Part shown: one piece after another, positions 44,334-59,209 of the stretch
Position numbering within the stretch: the first letter of the stretch is position 1
How the letters are laid out: every line of letters starts with the position of its first letter
From: the human T2T-CHM13v2.0 reference genome, Homo sapiens
Assembly: GCF_009914755.1 (NCBI RefSeq)
Contig: NC_060928.1
Reading direction: 5' to 3' (one strand)
Length of the DNA stretch: 64,000 nucleotides
Position numbers and translations under genes: made by a program
Notes under the pieces: model-generated
What the model was told of the DNA's origin: nothing
Seen by the model: the letters and a program-made list of their open reading frames with translations, nothing else
Database searches by the model: none

Positions 44334-44712
44334 TGTCAAATCAAGTTTAGCCTAAAGCTGCCTCCTTACGTATTTTAAGTTCACCCTAAAGGTTTTTCTG
44401 TACATCATGAACTGTAACAAGTGGCAGTGTAAACAGGCTGTAGCCTACACTTAGCCAATCACCGAGTTTTGGCCAACCAAATGTTCGAACTAATCAAACG
44501 CTGAGCTGTAGCCAATCCAGCTGTTTCTGTACCTCACTTCTGTTTTCTGTATGCCACTTTCCTTTTTCTGCCCATAAATCTTCTTCCACCACATGGCTGT
44601 GCTGGAGTCTCCCTGAACCTACTCTGGCTCAGGAGGCTGTCTGATTTGCAAATCGTTCATTGCTCAACTAAACTCTTTTAAATTTAATTTGGCTGAAGTT
44701 TTTGTTTTAACA
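44334..44712 (+). mobile_element. MER57A-like ERV1 solo LTR
   Basis: tgtcaaatcaagtttagcctaaagctgcctcc...ttttaaca, CCAAT boxes; TSD attc/gttc. Confidence 0.85.
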
Positions 44713-44899
44713 GTTCATATAAGTTTCATCTGTGTTAACATGAATTGCTGGGTTTAGTTTTGTAATAATGAATCACAGTACCTATATTATGTAACAAACA
44801 TTTATTATACCCATAGTATGTTACAGAATATTTTGGTGTTGGAATTACCACCACGAAGAAGAAAGAGTGCTGGCCCTCCACAAGTTTACAGTAGGAAGA

Positions 44900-46080
44900 A
44901 AAATGAATAAAAAGGCAATTTCCAAATGGTGTGATAGTGGCTAACAGAGATAATAATAAGATTCTACAGCACTTCCTGGATTCCATGAGGGGCATTAAGA
45001 GAAGCAATCTAGGTTCCTAGAGGAGTTACACTTCAAGCCCAAAACTCAAAATTCAGTAAGAATTAGCCATGGGGATAAATGGAATAATGGCTGTTTCAAT
45101 TAGAGAAAAAGATCATATACAAAGTCCAGGAAGCCAAAGAGAGTATACCTGTTAATGAGACTTCAAACTTTTCCCTTTAGCTGGACCTAGAGTAGGAGAG
45201 AGAGGAGCAACAGATGAAGATGTTGCTATAAGCAGGGGCCAAATCATGAAAGTCCTCTAACACCATGTCAGAGATAACAAACAGAGTTGATGTCATGTTT
45301 AAAGCAAGGGAAATGATCACGTTTTAGAAAGATTACTTAATATGTATTTGGATAAATAAATTGAAAGGGCAAAACTACTACCCATTGAAGAGGTGAATGT
45401 AAAATCCGGGAGAGAATATGTGGCCTGAATCATGACTTTGAATAAGTGAGAAAGGAAAGAAGAGGACATATTGGAGAATAAATAATTAATAGAAGTATTG
45501 GTTGCATGTGGGAGGACAGAATAAAGAAATCAAGGAAGACTTTCAAGGATTTGGGAGGACAGTGATGTCATTAAGATAGAGAATAATGGAGGACTATGGG
45601 GTGAAGGATAGGAAGACAATGGGTTTGGTTTGGGATAAGTAGGTTTGAAGTGATAATAAGATGTTTTTAGTGAAGATGTTTAATGATAAATTGAATACAC
45701 ATGCTCAGGAACCAGGTTCAGCTTGAAAATATGTGAGCCATCACCTGCATATACATGTCATCTGAAGAAAAGCAGTTGGAGTAGGTTAGTTTCATAGAGA
45801 GAATGGATAGAAAACTAATAGAGAGAATGCATAGAAAAGTATCAGAACAGGGCTCATAACAGAACCTCAAAGAACCACTGAGTTTTATGGTACGGATGGA
45901 AAGGAGGAGATTACAACAGGAATGTAGTAGTTGGTCAAAAAATATATGCTGTTCTATGGGAGCCGATGGAGAGAAGTATTCCACTTGGAAAGGAGTCACC
46001 AGTTTCAAATTAAGCAGAGGATTATCATAGATCAAGACTGAAAATAATCTTTACTTAGCCACAAAGAAAGCATTGTTGAT
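44900..46080 (-). mobile_element. L2 fragment
   Basis: Purine-rich antisense L2 body (ggggccaaatcatgaaag, gtttgaagtg, gagccatcacctgcata). Confidence 0.7.
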
Positions 46081-47592
46081 TGTAGGTAACTTGTCTAAAA
46101 GGTGATTGCATCTCTGACCTAGTCTATATTTTAATTTTAATTAAAGTGTATTAATTAAGGATATAAGTTCACAAGTAGCATTTGTAAGTACTAACAAACA
46201 TGAGTTGATTGATTAATTAATCTTTTATTATCATAATCAAATAAGATCATTGACATGAGCATTATACATTGGCTATGAACCTAGAAACTTGTGAACAAAT
46301 TGAAAAAGGTATTTTCAAAACTCTGGAAATTTTCTCTTACTTAACAGTCATTTTCTAAATATAATGGAATGTCATCTTTAGTCTATATCCAGGATCCTGG
46401 AATCCAAGTAATTCATGTTTACTTATTTTGTAGCTTAGCAGAAAACTGAATCTAGCTTAGTGTTCTGAATAAATAATAATTCTACAACCTAGAGAATTAC
46501 TTGGCAGCACTATGGGGTTAAGATTTGTCTAGGGAAAAAGTGATTCCCGTTTATGTTCGTATTACATCTGTAATAGGTCTTCCATGCATATTTACCAATG
46601 AAAAAAATGATAAAATGAATGAACACGTAGAAGAAGGAAACAGTACTAGTATGTAATGGAAAGCAGGTTCGGAAAGACTAATGATATTAACTGCAATCTA
46701 CCCAAAGAGAAATATTAGGGTGTTATTCATGAGTAAATAAATTCTTCCATGGAACAACAGCAACAAAATTATAGTGAGCAGTTACCCTCTGTAGGCAGTT
46801 TTCCTTGTGTGCCCTTCCTCTGTTTTCAGCTTCCTCCAGCAGCAATGTTTCCACTAATAAATATCTCTCATTGTCATAGTTCTGTTTTTAGAAATATGTG
46901 CTCTCTAAACTGTATCCGTAAATCTAATATTATTCTTGTTCTTCTCCCACTGATCCAAAAGACTATGCCCCTTGTTCTTGACTTAACCAGCTAGCTATTC
47001 AGTTGAACTACTCTCAAGGGTAGTGTATTGGAGATATCCCAACACACTTCAGGCTATGCATATACTTACTTGGCATTTAATAAAGCATGTGTAACACTTT
47101 CAGTTTTCTCCCTGCTTTAGTAGCATGGATATTCACTGTGCTGTTAAACTAGTGCCTAGAGGAAACAGGCATTCTAATTTCTTAAATTCTAATTATAAGC
47201 AAGTTATTTATAATTTAATTTTACCACAATGTTTCACTGGCTTGAAACAAGTGTCAATTAGGTTTTAAAAAACTATGTTCTCAATATCATCATATTTCTA
47301 CTCAAGGCAACTGGTCATATAGCTATGAAAGATTGAGATACAAATATAGATATATTTTCCTCAAAAAAATAAAAGTACTAAAAAATTCATAAACTAATAA
47401 TGATATAGGCCTTTCATCAAGTGAAAGTTGCTAAATAATTAGGGAACATCTGCAGTATATTCAGATTCAATGATAAGTATGCTGGTAATTCCATTCAAGT
47501 TTATGCTTTGATTCAGAGCTTTTAGATAAAAGTCAGTTTCTCTCTCTCTTCCCCCTCTTCTTTCTTAATCTTTTCTTTTTGTTTAGTTTTTT

Positions 47593-47600
47593 TGTGTGTG

Positions 47601-47638
<38 letters not shown>
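47593..47638. repeat. (TG)n microsatellite
   Basis: Interrupted TG run. Confidence 0.95.
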
Positions 47639-47643
<5 letters not shown>

Positions 47644-50181
47644 TCTATCAGAAGATATGAAAATGCTCAGGGGTGATGTTCTTCTTTCCTCCCAAATAGG
47701 CCTTCAAAGTTTCCGCTTTATGGTTGATTTTCCAGAACTTTTGATTTTCAAAATAACATTCTGAAGATTTTGTCCTGAAATAGTATTCAAAAACTAGTCT
47801 TCCCATATTTAATGAACCCTGGATTCTTTACTTAGTTGCTTTTTTCTTCTTAAATTACATACCACAGAATTTTAACATAAATGTAGCATTTAATTTGGCT
47901 TTTTAGAAAAGACCAGCACCTGCTGTCTTCATTGCCAAATTCTATCAAACATGCAAAGAAGAACTGATGCCGCTTTTCCTCAAACTATTCCAGAAAAATG
48001 AAGAGAAGAGCATACTTCCAAACTCATTTTAGTAGGCCAGCATTACCCTGATTTCTAAACATTTTGTTGTGACAAGGACACAACAAAAAATAAAATTACA
48101 GGCCAATATTCCTTATGAACATAGACGTAAAAATCCTCAAGAAGACACTATCAAATAAAATTCACCAGCATATTAAAAAGATCATTTATTATGATCAAGT
48201 AGGAGACATTCTAGGAAGGCAAGGATGGTTCAACATATGGAAATCAATAAATGTGATATATCACATTAAAAGAAAGGCAAAAAGCATATGATCACCTCAA
48301 TAGATGCAGACAAAAAAATTTGACAAAATTCAATATCCCTTCATGATTAAAAACTCTCAATGAATTAGGTATACAAGGTATGTGCCTCCACACAATAAAA
48401 CCCATATATGACCATCCCACAGCTGACATTATACTGCACAGGGAAAAGTTGAGAACTTTTTCTCTAAGATGAAGAACAAGACAAGAATGCCCACTTTCAC
48501 CACTTATTCAACATAGCACTGAAAATCCTAGCCAGTGCAATTAGGCAAGAGAAAGAAACAAAGGCATCCAAATTGGAAAAGAAGACATCAAATCATCCCT
48601 GTTTGAAGATGGCATGATGTTATATACAGAAAACCTTGAAGTCTCCACCAAAATGCTGTTAGAACTAATAAATTCAATAAAGTTGCACGATACAAAAATC
48701 AGCCTGCAAAATTTAGTAGTATTTGTGTACACTAATAGTGAACTATCCAAAAGGAAATCAAGAAAACAATTCATTTTCAATAGCTCCAAAAAAGATACAT
48801 AGGAATAAACAGAGCTTAAAGACCCCTACAAGTAAAACCATGAAATATTAGTAAAAGAAACTTAGGAGAACACAAATAAATGAAAAGATGGCCATGTTTA
48901 CAGATTGAAAGAATTGATATTGTCAAAATAAACATACTACCCCAAACTATCTATGGATTTAATGCAATCTCTGTCAAAACACCAATGGCATTCTTCACAA
49001 AAGAAGAAAAACAATCCTAAAATACATATGGAACTAAAGACCTCAACTCTCCAAGCAGTCTTGAGCAAAAGGAACAGAGCTCAATATATCACCCTGCCTT
49101 ACTTCAAACTATACTACAAATCTATAGTAACCAAAATAGCATCATACTGGAAGAAAAACACATACATAGGTCAATGGAACAGAAAAGAGAGCCCAGAAAC
49201 AAATCCACATATTTATAGCTAACTGATTTTAAACAGAGGTACCAAGAATGTACACTGGAGAAACAATATTCTCTTCAAAAAATTGTGCTGGAAAAAATGG
49301 ATATCCATATGCAAAAAAAAAAAAAGACTAGATTCCCATCTTTCACCGTAAACAAAATTCAGATCAAGATAGATTAAAAACAAACATAAGACATAAAACT
49401 ATAAAACTACTGGAAGAAAACATCTGGATAACACCATGACATCGGGTTGAGCAAGGATTTTTTTTTAATAAAACCTCAAAAGCACAGGCAACAAAAGCAA
49501 AACTAGGCAAATGAGATTACATCAAAAAGAAAAGCTTTTGTACAGCAAAGGAAGTTACTAAGAGAGTGAAGAGACAACGTACAGAATGAGAGAAAACATT
49601 TGTAAACTTTACCTCTGACAAATAGTCAACATCCAGAATACATACAGAACTTAAACAACTCAACAGCAGAAACTCAAATAATCCAATGTAAAAATTAGCA
49701 AAGACCTTAATATATATTTCTCAAAATAAGATATACAAGTGACTAAGAGATACATGAAAAATATCCTCAATGTCTCTAACTATAAGGAAAATGCAAATTA
49801 AAATCACAGTAAGATATCACTTCACATCTGTTAGAATGACTATTATCAAAAAGATGAACAAAATTAAGTGTTGCAAGGGATGTAGAGAAAAGAAAACATT
49901 TAAACACTATTGGTGGGATTATAAATTAGTACAGTCAATATGAAAATTGGCATAGAACGTCTCAAAATAATTAAAAATAGAACTACCATATGATTCAGCA
50001 ATTCAATTTCCGACTATATATCCAAAGAAATTAAGATCAGTATTTGAAGAGATATCTGAATTTCCATATACATTTTAGCATTATTCACAATAATGATGGT
50101 ATGAAAGCAACCTAAATGTTCACCAGTGGATGAGTAGATATTAAAAAGTGGTAGGCACACACAATAGAATACTATACAGCC

Positions 50182-52488
50182 TGACATGGTTTTGCTGTGT
50201 CCCCAACCAATTGTCATCTTGAATTCTAGTTCCCATAATCCCCATGTGTTGTGGAGGGACTCCGTAGGAGGTAATTGAATCATGGGGGTGGTTACCCCCA
50301 TCCTGCTGTTCTCGTGATAATGAGTGAGTTCTCACCAGGTCTAATGGTTTTATAAGGGGCTTTTCCCCCTTTGCTTGGCACTCAATCTCCTTCCTGCTGC
50401 CATGTAAAGAATGATGTGTTTGCTTCCCCTTCTGTCATGATTAGAAGTTTCCTGAGGCCGCCCTAGCCATGCTGAACTGTGAGTCAATTAAACCTCTTTT
50501 TTTCATATAAATTATGTAGTCTCAGGTATTTCTTTATAGCAGAATGAGAGTAAACAAATACAGTAAATTGGTACTGGTAGAGTGGGGAGCTGCTGTAAAG
50601 ATACATGAAAATGTGGAAGTGATTTTGGAACTGGGTAACAGGAAGAGGTTGGAACAGTTTTCAGGGCTCAGAAGACAGGAAAATGTGGGAAAGTTTGGAA
50701 CTTCCTACAGACTTGTTGAATGGCTTTGACCAAAATGCTGATAGTGATATGGACAATGAAGTCTAGGTTGAGGTGGTCTCAGATGGAGATGAGGAACTTG
50801 TTGGGAACTGTAATAAAGGTGATTCTTGCTTTTTTTTTTTTAGCAAAGAAACTAGCAGTATTTTGCCCTGCACTAGAAATCTGTGGAACTTTGAACTTGA
50901 GAGAAATGACTTAGGGTATCTGGCAGAAGAAATGTCTATGGGGCAAATCATTCAAGGAGAAGCAGAACATAAAATTTGGAATGTTTGGACCCTGACAATG
51001 CAATACAAAAGAAAAAAAAAATCTTTCCTGGGAAGAAATTCAAGCCTGCTGCAGAAATTTGCATAAGTAATGAGGAGCAGAATGTTAATCACAAAGACAA
51101 TTGGGAAAATGGCTCCAGGGTGTTTCAGAGACCTTCACTGCAGCCCCTCTCATCACAAGCCTGGAGGCTTAGGAGGGAAAAATGGTTTCCTGTGTCTAGT
51201 CCAGGGCCTCCATGCTCTGTGCAGCCTCTGGACATGGTACCCTGCATCCCAACTGCTTCAGCGCCAGCTGAAGCTAAAAGAGGCCAAGGTACAGCTTGAA
51301 TACCATTACTTCAGAAGGTGCAAGCCCCAAGCCTGGGCAGCTTACATGTGGTACTGAGACTGTGGGTGCACAGAAGTCAAGGACTGAGGTTTAAGACCTC
51401 CACCTGGATTTCAGAGGATGTATGAAAACACCTGGATGAACAGGAAGATGTTTGCTGCAGGGGCAGAGCCTTCAAGGAGAACTTCTGCTAAGGCAGTGCA
51501 GAAGGGAAATGTGGGGTTGGAGACCTCACATGGAGTCCCCACTGGAGCATTGCCTAGTGGAGCTCTGAGAGGAGAGTCACCTTTCTTCAGACTCCAGAAT
51601 GGCATATCCATCGACAGCTTGCACTGTGTGCCTGGAAAGACCACAGACACTCACCGCCAGCCTGTGAAAGCAGCTGGGAGAAGGGCTGTACCCAGCAAAG
51701 CCACAGGGGTGGAGCTGCCCAAGGCCATGGGAGCCCATGTCTTGCATCAGTATGACCCGGATGTGACATCCAGTAGTCCCGTGGAGTCAAACGAGATCAT
51801 TTTGGAAATTTAAGGTTTGGTGTCTGCCTGTTGGATTTCGGACTTGTGTGGGGATTTAGCCCCTACGTTTTGGCCAATTTCTCCCATTTGAAACAGGTAT
51901 ATTTGCCCAATGCCTGTACCCCCATTGTATCTGGGAAGTAACTAAATTGCTTTTGATTTTGCAGGCTCATAGGCAGAAAGACTCACCTCATCTAAGATGA
52001 ATCTTTGGATTTGGAATTTTGAGTTAACGCTAGAATGAGTTTAGACTTTGGGGGACTGTTAGAAAGGCATGATTGTGTTTTGAAATGTGAGGACATGAAA
52101 TTTCAGAGGGGTTGGGTTGGAATTATATAGTTTGGCTGTGTCCCTACACAAATCTCATCTTGAATTGTAGTTCCCATAATCACTATGTGTTTGGGGAGGG
52201 TGCAGGTGGGAGGTAATTGAATCATGGGCATGGTTACCCTCATGCTTCTGTTCTCATAATAGTGAGTGAGTTCTCATGTGATCTGATGGTTTTATAATGG
52301 ACTTTTTCCCCTTTCTTGACACTCATTATCCTTCCTGCCATCATGTAAAGAACGATGTGTTTGCTTCCCCTTCAGCCATAAATGTAAATTTCCTGAGGCC
52401 CTTCCAAACAGTCAATTAAACCTCTTTCCTTTAGAAATTACTCAGCCTCAGGTATTTCTTCATAGCAGCATGAAAATGGACTAATACA
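50182..52488 (+). mobile_element. Full-length THE1D provirus (5' LTR 50182-50562, 3' LTR 52123-52488)
   Basis: Two LTRs plus THE1 internal region; TSD cagcc on both sides; L1 sequence resumes after it. Confidence 0.95.
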
Positions 52489-52799
52489 CAGCCTTTAAAA
52501 AGAGAAAATTCTGTCATTTGTGATAACGTGAATGAATTTGAGGAACATCATATTAAGTGAAATAAGCCAGACACAGAAAGACAAATATTGTATTGTCTCA
52601 CTCATATGTGGAATCTAAAGAAAAAAAATTGATATCATAGAAGCAGAGTAGAACAGTTGTTACCAGAGACTAGGGATGGGAGGTGGGAGGAGAGAGGGGA
52701 GAAAAGGGAGAGGTTGGTCAACAGATACAAAGTTACAACTAGATAGGAGAAATAATTTATGGTGTTCTATTGCACAGTAGGGTGACTATGGTTAACAGT

Positions 52800-52900
52800 A
52801 AGGTATTGTATATTACAAAACAGCTAGAAGAGAGGTTTTTTAGGCTTTCAAAGGTACTGTATATTATGAAATACCTAGAAGAGTGGGTTTTGTGGCTTCA
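52800..52900. repeat. ~50-bp tandem duplication in the L1 3'UTR
   Basis: aaggtattgtatattacaaaacagctagaagag / aaggtactgtatattatgaaatacctagaagag. Confidence 0.85.
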
Positions 52901-53869
52901 TCATCAACAGATGATGAATGCATGAGGTGATGAATACACTAGCTATCTTGATTATATTATTATACAACATATATGCATATCAGAACTTCAAATTGCATCC
53001 CATAAATATGTACAATTGCAATGTGTCAATGAAAATATAAGTTAATTCATTTTTTCTCTGAAAATATATAAAATTGAAAAATATATTTGAGAGTTAGGTT
53101 CAAACATAATTATGGTATATTACATTCTAAATTTGGCCTCACAATTTCTTTGCAAACTTTTAAGATTTCTGTATTACTTCTGATTTTATGCCTTCAACTG
53201 ACACCACCCTTTACATGTTATAAGTAGAGGTATCCTAGGGCAGTGGCATACCTACTGTATTACATTTTTCTGCACAGGCAGGATACTTGCATTTAACCTT
53301 CTAAAGTTGACACCAAGGGTAGATATTTCAGTTCCCACAGCAGTCTAATAAAGGATATTTTAAAACTTTTAAGTTCTCTAGCCCCTAAATCAAATTAGGT
53401 AAGTAATAGACTACTCCAACCCTCACTAAGGCTAGCTTTACCTTCTAGATTGTTGAGGGGGTAAAACAGATTATATGAAATATTGAACTAATTTCACCTG
53501 TTACTGTTGGAACTAAGGCATCAGAATTTGTATTAATATCTAGCACATATTTTGGAGTACATGTCAATAATTTGACCTGAAATAGCCTAGTAATTTTTAA
53601 CATTTATAGCAAAGTTATTCCTTACAACACCCAAAGACATAAACTTAGAAATAGTTCCAAACAAGAAAATGGAACAAAATCTCCCTTGAACATTGAGTGA
53701 AACCTTCACTCAAAATTTTATTAACCCTATATAAGCTATGTACTTTAAAATATTTTAAATGGCAAAACAAAACGAAGCAAACACCTAATCCCTAAAACTA
53801 CTGTCAAAAACTTGAAATCATTTGTGGATTATAACATTTAAAAAAATCAATTTAACATTTAATTGAAAG

Positions 53870-54402
53870 ATTTTAACAAAAACATCTTAAAAGCTGTCCC
53901 TTGACCTTAGAATAAAGTTCAAAGCTTACTAACTATCCTACATAACCTGGTGTAAATTGATCCTTAATGAATTTCCAAATTCCATTCTTCTTACCATTTA
54001 CCTCTTTGCTCTCATTTGCCTTTATGCCATTTCTTTCTCCTTCTTCAATCTGGACCTCTATTTCTCCAGAGATCAAGTATCCTCATTTTTTTAGATCTCA
54101 CTTTAGATGCAACTCCAGGAAGCATGCCACACCCTTCTCTTTTCTTTTCCTTTATCTCCACACACATACATTCGAGATAATATTAGGATCTTCTCTTATG
54201 TTGTACTACAGCACATGGGACTTCCTCAATCACAATCCCACTCATGTTACATTCTAAATTTCTGTGTAAATTATTATCCGGGAGGATAGGAACCATGACA
54301 GTCATATTTAACATTGTATCTCAAGTGCTTAGCCCAATCACTAGCCTATAGTAAATGGTCAATATTATTTATCCAAAAGTGAATGAATGATTGAATGAAA
54401 GA
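53870..54402 (+). mobile_element. L2 3' end
   Basis: ttagaataaagttcaaa...ctccaggaagcatgcc...gcctatagtaaatggtcaata...gaatgaatga. Confidence 0.8.
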
Positions 54403-55239
54403 ATTAGTATAAAGATAATGAAAATATACAGCATCAAAATAAAAATGAATATGTTTATTTAAATAGAAGTGTTAAAACAGAAAGGCTTTGATGAAAATAA
54501 AGAACACACAAAAAGAAAATACACCATACATTTGTCCTGAAAATTTGAGTTAAAACTATTTTCACCTGTTTCTGAGCAAATATTATAGCAAAATAAATTT
54601 CTTCATGAAACAAATTACTTTAAAGGTGCTTGCATTTGGCCATTCTGAAATTATTACTTTCCCATTTGTCCTACAGTTAATTCCTTCTTATGCAGGATAA
54701 TGTGCATTTTAGTCACTTTGCACATCAATGTTATGCCTTATTATTCTACATTTATGAAATAACCCTTCTGTATTTTACTAAGATATTCACATCTCCAAGC
54801 TAAAGGGAAAAAATAAACTTACATTTTTAAAAATGAGGTTCAAGATAGACTTGACCCTTAAGAATGTCATGAGTTCTTTTCTATTCTTTGTTACCTCTAA
54901 AAGGTCTTTTGATTTTAAAACGGTGATCTTTCTACCACATTTACAACTTAAACAGTAACTTTCTTTTGCCTGTTAACATTATAGGGTTTTTTTTAAAAAA
55001 AAAAAAAACACTTTAGAAAATAGAGCTATACTCTAACACAATAGATGTATTTCTACAAATTATATTTGGAAACATACTCACCTTTCATCATTATAAGATT
55101 ACACAAAACCTCACACAATAATACAATTAATTAGCATCATAATATTAACAAGTATGTATTGCTAAGTATTTTATATATGAGATTTATTTTAATCCCTACC
55201 AGATATGGAATACATTATAGGAACTCTAAGTATGTGCTT

Positions 55240-56223
55240 AAGCAGCAAAGGAAACTATTAACAGAGTGAAGAGACACCCCCTGAACTGGCAGAAAATATT
55301 TGCAAACCATACATCTGATAATGAGGAGCTAATGTCCAAAAATTAGAAGGAACTAAATCCAATAGCAAAAAAAACAAATAACCTGGTCTTAAAATGGGCA
55401 GAGAACCTAGACAGACATTTCCGAAAAGAAGATATAGAAATGGCCAGCAGATATATGAAGAAATGCTCAACACAAATTAAATTAAAACCACAATGAAATT
55501 AAAATCACAGGGAAATATCACCTCACATCTGTTAGAATGACTATTATCAAAAAGATCAAAGGTAACAAATGTTGGCAATTATGTAGAGAAAGGAAAATCC
55601 CTGGACACTGTTCGTGGGATTTTAAATTAGGACAGCCACTTTGGAAAACAATATGGAGGTTCCCCCAAAAAACTAAAAATAGAATTACTCTATGATCCAG
55701 CAATTCTACTTCTAGGTATATATCCCAAAGGATTGAAATCAGTATGTCAAAGTGATATTTGCTCTCTCGTGTTCATTTCATCATTATTCACAATAGCCAA
55801 GACATGAAGGCAACCTAAGTGTCCACCAATGGATGAGTGCCCTCTCTATATACACACACATAGTGGAACACTATTCAGCCTCAAAAATGAAGGAAATTCT
55901 GTCATTTGTGACACCATGGATGAATCTGGAGGACATTACACCAAGTTAAATAAGCCAGGCAGAGAAGACAAATACTGCATGATCTTACTTACATGTGGAA
56001 TCTGAATATGTTGAACTTGTAGAAGCAGAGAGTAGAATGGCAGTTAGCAAAGGCTGGGGGCTTGTTGAGGGGGTGATTGGGGAAAAGTGAGATGTTGCTC
56101 AAAAGGTACAAAGTTTCAGATAGAACAAATAAGTTTTAATGATCTATTGCACAGCATGGTAACCATAGTTAATAATGAGTTGTGTTGTATATAAGTTGCT
56201 AAGATAAATTGTGAATGTTCTTA

Positions 56224-56271
<48 letters not shown>

Positions 56272-56405
56272 ACAAAATAAGTAGGTGAGATGACGGCTCC
56301 GTTAATTAGCTTAATTTAATCATTCCATAATGTATGCATATATCAAAGCAATCCAATGTACCTCATAAATTTGTAAAATAGTTTGTCAATTAAAAATTAA
56401 TCTTA
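55240..56405 (+). mobile_element. L1MA 3' end, 5'-truncated
   Basis: ORF2 C-terminus (cagcaaaggaaactattaacagagtgaagagaca) through the 3'UTR. Confidence 0.9.
56227..56272. repeat. (CA)n microsatellite
   Basis: CA run inside the L1 3'UTR. Confidence 0.95.
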
Positions 56406-56769
56406 AAAGAATAAGCAGAAATACATGGATTAGCATCTATCTATTCAAACACATGTGAAAATCACTATAAAGAATGAAGCAAAATTTAACCACCAAAAAC
56501 CTAATAAGTAGTATATAAATAAACAAGAGTTTAAGGCACCAGCAACACCTAAATAACCTACTCTCAAAAGAGAATGGAGAAATAATTTAATATGTGGTAT
56601 TTTCAAAGAAGCATAAAATGATTAATCATAGGAAATTTTAAAATTTTACTTTTTTCCAATTAATTCATAGTTTAGAAATGTCTTTATTTTGAATTATATA
56701 TGAAGGTATTCAATAATCATGTCAGTTCTTGGAGCTAGCATGAATCAGATCCTAATTTTTCTTGATTTG

Positions 56770-56940
56770 TTACAACTGTCCCCTGAGGTAATATCATACT
56801 TTCTAACATACTGAGGAAGAAATGAAAGTTTAAAGATATTTTGTAATAAATTCCAGGTCAAATGTTATGTAAGGTTTAGGATTAAAATTGGAATTCAGGT
56901 AGTTCAACCTCAAAGTCATTTAAAACAATTATAGCCACTC
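56770..56940 (-). mobile_element. MIR fragment
   Basis: acaactgtcccctgaggta...tgaggaagaaatgaaagtttaaaga...ccaggtca. Confidence 0.55.
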
Positions 56941-57153
56941 TCCTTGAACTAGAGATTTTCTTCCATCCCTGTTCTGACCTTGAAGAAGTGGAAAATGGTC
57001 CAGTAGTGAAGAAATCATACATAATAGATCACAAATATGGCCAGATCATCACAATTCAGGGATGGAACTGAGCCACTTCACCTTCCCTATGGCATAGCCA
57101 AATTAAAATTATTGAGTGTTTTCTGATAGCTTCTCATTTTTTCAACACAGTGC

Positions 57154-57704
57154 TTAGAGAATATACAAACAGACACTGGCTAAACTACATATAATATTAA
57201 TAATAGAACTCAGAAGCACAATATGCTGCGCCATACCCACGAAACCAACCCCTTACCTATGATAAACAACCCAGGTATCTAATCCTGCTATAAGTCAGGC
57301 TTACAGGAAGCCAGACTGCTCTCTTTAGTGACCAACCAGGAAGCTAACCAATAACTTCTGTAATAACCAGCCCTAAGTGACCAGATCTTAATAACTGCAC
57401 CTTCTGTAATTTTTCCCCCAACTCCACCTTAGAACAAACCAGAAAAAGCCAAATACGTACCCTTCATCAATTACATAGGATACCCTGCTTCTAGTTAGCT
57501 TCCTCCAGCTTCCCCAGGCCAACAGCCTCCTATCAGGACACATCTAAAGCCTTCCCTTTTCTCTACCATAAAACTTTTCACTTCTTTGGCTGCCTTTGAG
57601 TCACTGCCAAAACACAAGTTACGGTGGCTGACTCCCCTGCTATAACAGGCACAGAAAAGTAGCATTTGCTTTTTTCATTTGGTTGGTCTTCATTTAGATC
57701 CACA
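57154..57704 (+). mobile_element. ERV1 (MER4-group) solo LTR, subfamily uncertain
   Basis: ~550 bp ending ...atccaca, apparent TSD gtgc, repeated caggaagc motifs, TATA-like cataaaa. Confidence 0.65.
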
Positions 57705-57884
57705 GTGCTCAATGGTGTGGGGATACACCAAAACAAAACAAAGATCCCTGGATGAGAACTACTTATCATCAACTGCAAGAGAAGACATGCATATAGAAGT
57801 GATGCCGAGGAAAATAAGAATCCACATTTAGGTAAAATGATAGACTATTCATCTTAAAAGAATTGAGGAGAAGTTATAATGTTT

Positions 57885-58030
57885 AAACAAGTTTAAGCAC
57901 TGCATAGACCTGGAACTTAATCCCAGGTATATGTCATATGACCTCTATAATTTGGGGATATTTTCTCAGATTCTAAACTTCAGTTTTCTCCTTTATCAAA
58001 TAAAAACATAAATACTTATATCAAAATTAA
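57885..58030 (+). mobile_element. MIR fragment
   Basis: agacctggaacttaatcccag...cttcagttttctcctttatcaaa. Confidence 0.55.
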
Positions 58031-58829
58031 CATTTATACATTAAAGTTCTTTTTCTTTTGTTTCTTTTTGTTGTTGTTGTTGTTGTTGTTTATACAATTT
58101 AAAGAGGAAATATATTGAGGTAATATAGAAATTATTTCATGGATAAAGTGGGCTTTGAATGGAATCACTTTATGAACTAATGAAGAGGAAAAATGGGTAC
58201 TCCAACTGGAGAACATTTAAAAACTGCTATTAATGAACATGGTGCTATTAACTAACATGTTTTCTTTGCTAAAATAAGGAAACTATTTTTGGGGGTGTAC
58301 AAAAAATGAGCATAAATAAGTTTAGATGGCTTAAATAGTCAATATACAGAGCCTCTTGGACACAGACTAAGCAATTGACATAAAAGACAATCAAAAATTA
58401 TAATTCTTAAGCATGAAAGTGACCAAAGAGAGTTTTAGGAAAAAAAAATATCAGTGACTGCATTTGAAAAGTATATATTAGATACAAGGAGAACACTTGG
58501 TTAGCCATTAAAGCAACACTGGACATGAATAAATGAGAATAAATGCAGCCTGACTGAAGGCTTTTGTTATCATGATGTGTTTCTCAACTCCAAGTTTTCA
58601 AGCCTGGGAATCTTGGGTTGAAATCAGAGAAACATGCCTTTACAGGAATCTATTGTTTGGTGACAGGAGTTAATAGAGTCAATTTAAACTTATTTATTTT
58701 TATAAGTCTTTTGGCTCTCCGTATTTTTCCCTAGCATCTCTATATCCCTCCTCTTGTCCAAATTCTAGCTACCCTGTAAATATTCAAATTCTGTGCAAAA
58801 TATCTCATGAATCTTCAAGTCAATCCTGG

Positions 58830-59209
58830 TGTGATGTCTATTAGTGCTATTCACCAATATTTTTAGTTTACTTCTTCCAGTTACACAGTTGGTATATAGT
58901 AGTTTACACTTTCACTCCTTTCTGATATTGAGTGTAGACATATAATTTGCTTTGCCCAATAAAATGTGTGTCACTACCAGGTGGAATTCTTTAAGAAACA
59001 AAATGCAATGCCCTAAAATCTTTCATTCTGCCATTGACTGAAATTTCCAACAGCTTGTATTCCTAAAGAGATACAATATGAAGAACTCATTATCTACAAT
59101 AAACGGACATTTTGAAAGAATAGGAAATGAACCTAAGTACTTTTAATCTACTAATATTTTAAGATGGTTTGCCACCGTAGCAGAACCTTGAATATCCAGA
59201 CTATAATAC
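58830..59209 (+). mobile_element. Old MLT1 LTR (I/J-like)
   Basis: ttgctttgcccaataaaatgtg...tgtcactaccaggtggaa...gactataataca. Confidence 0.65.

Larger units (their letters stand above)
47925..53040 (+). mobile_element. L1MA-like element (ORF2 RT through 3'UTR), 5'-truncated, split by THE1D
   Basis: Continuous L1 ORF2 homology; the RT motif LFADDMILY is decayed to LFEDGMMLY at ~48599; many stops and frameshifts; L1MA 3'UTR. Confidence 0.93.

Noticed and set aside
48614-49222. Reverse-transcriptase-like peptides
   Set aside because: Dead L1 ORF2; catalytic FADD mutated to FEDG and the frame is disrupted
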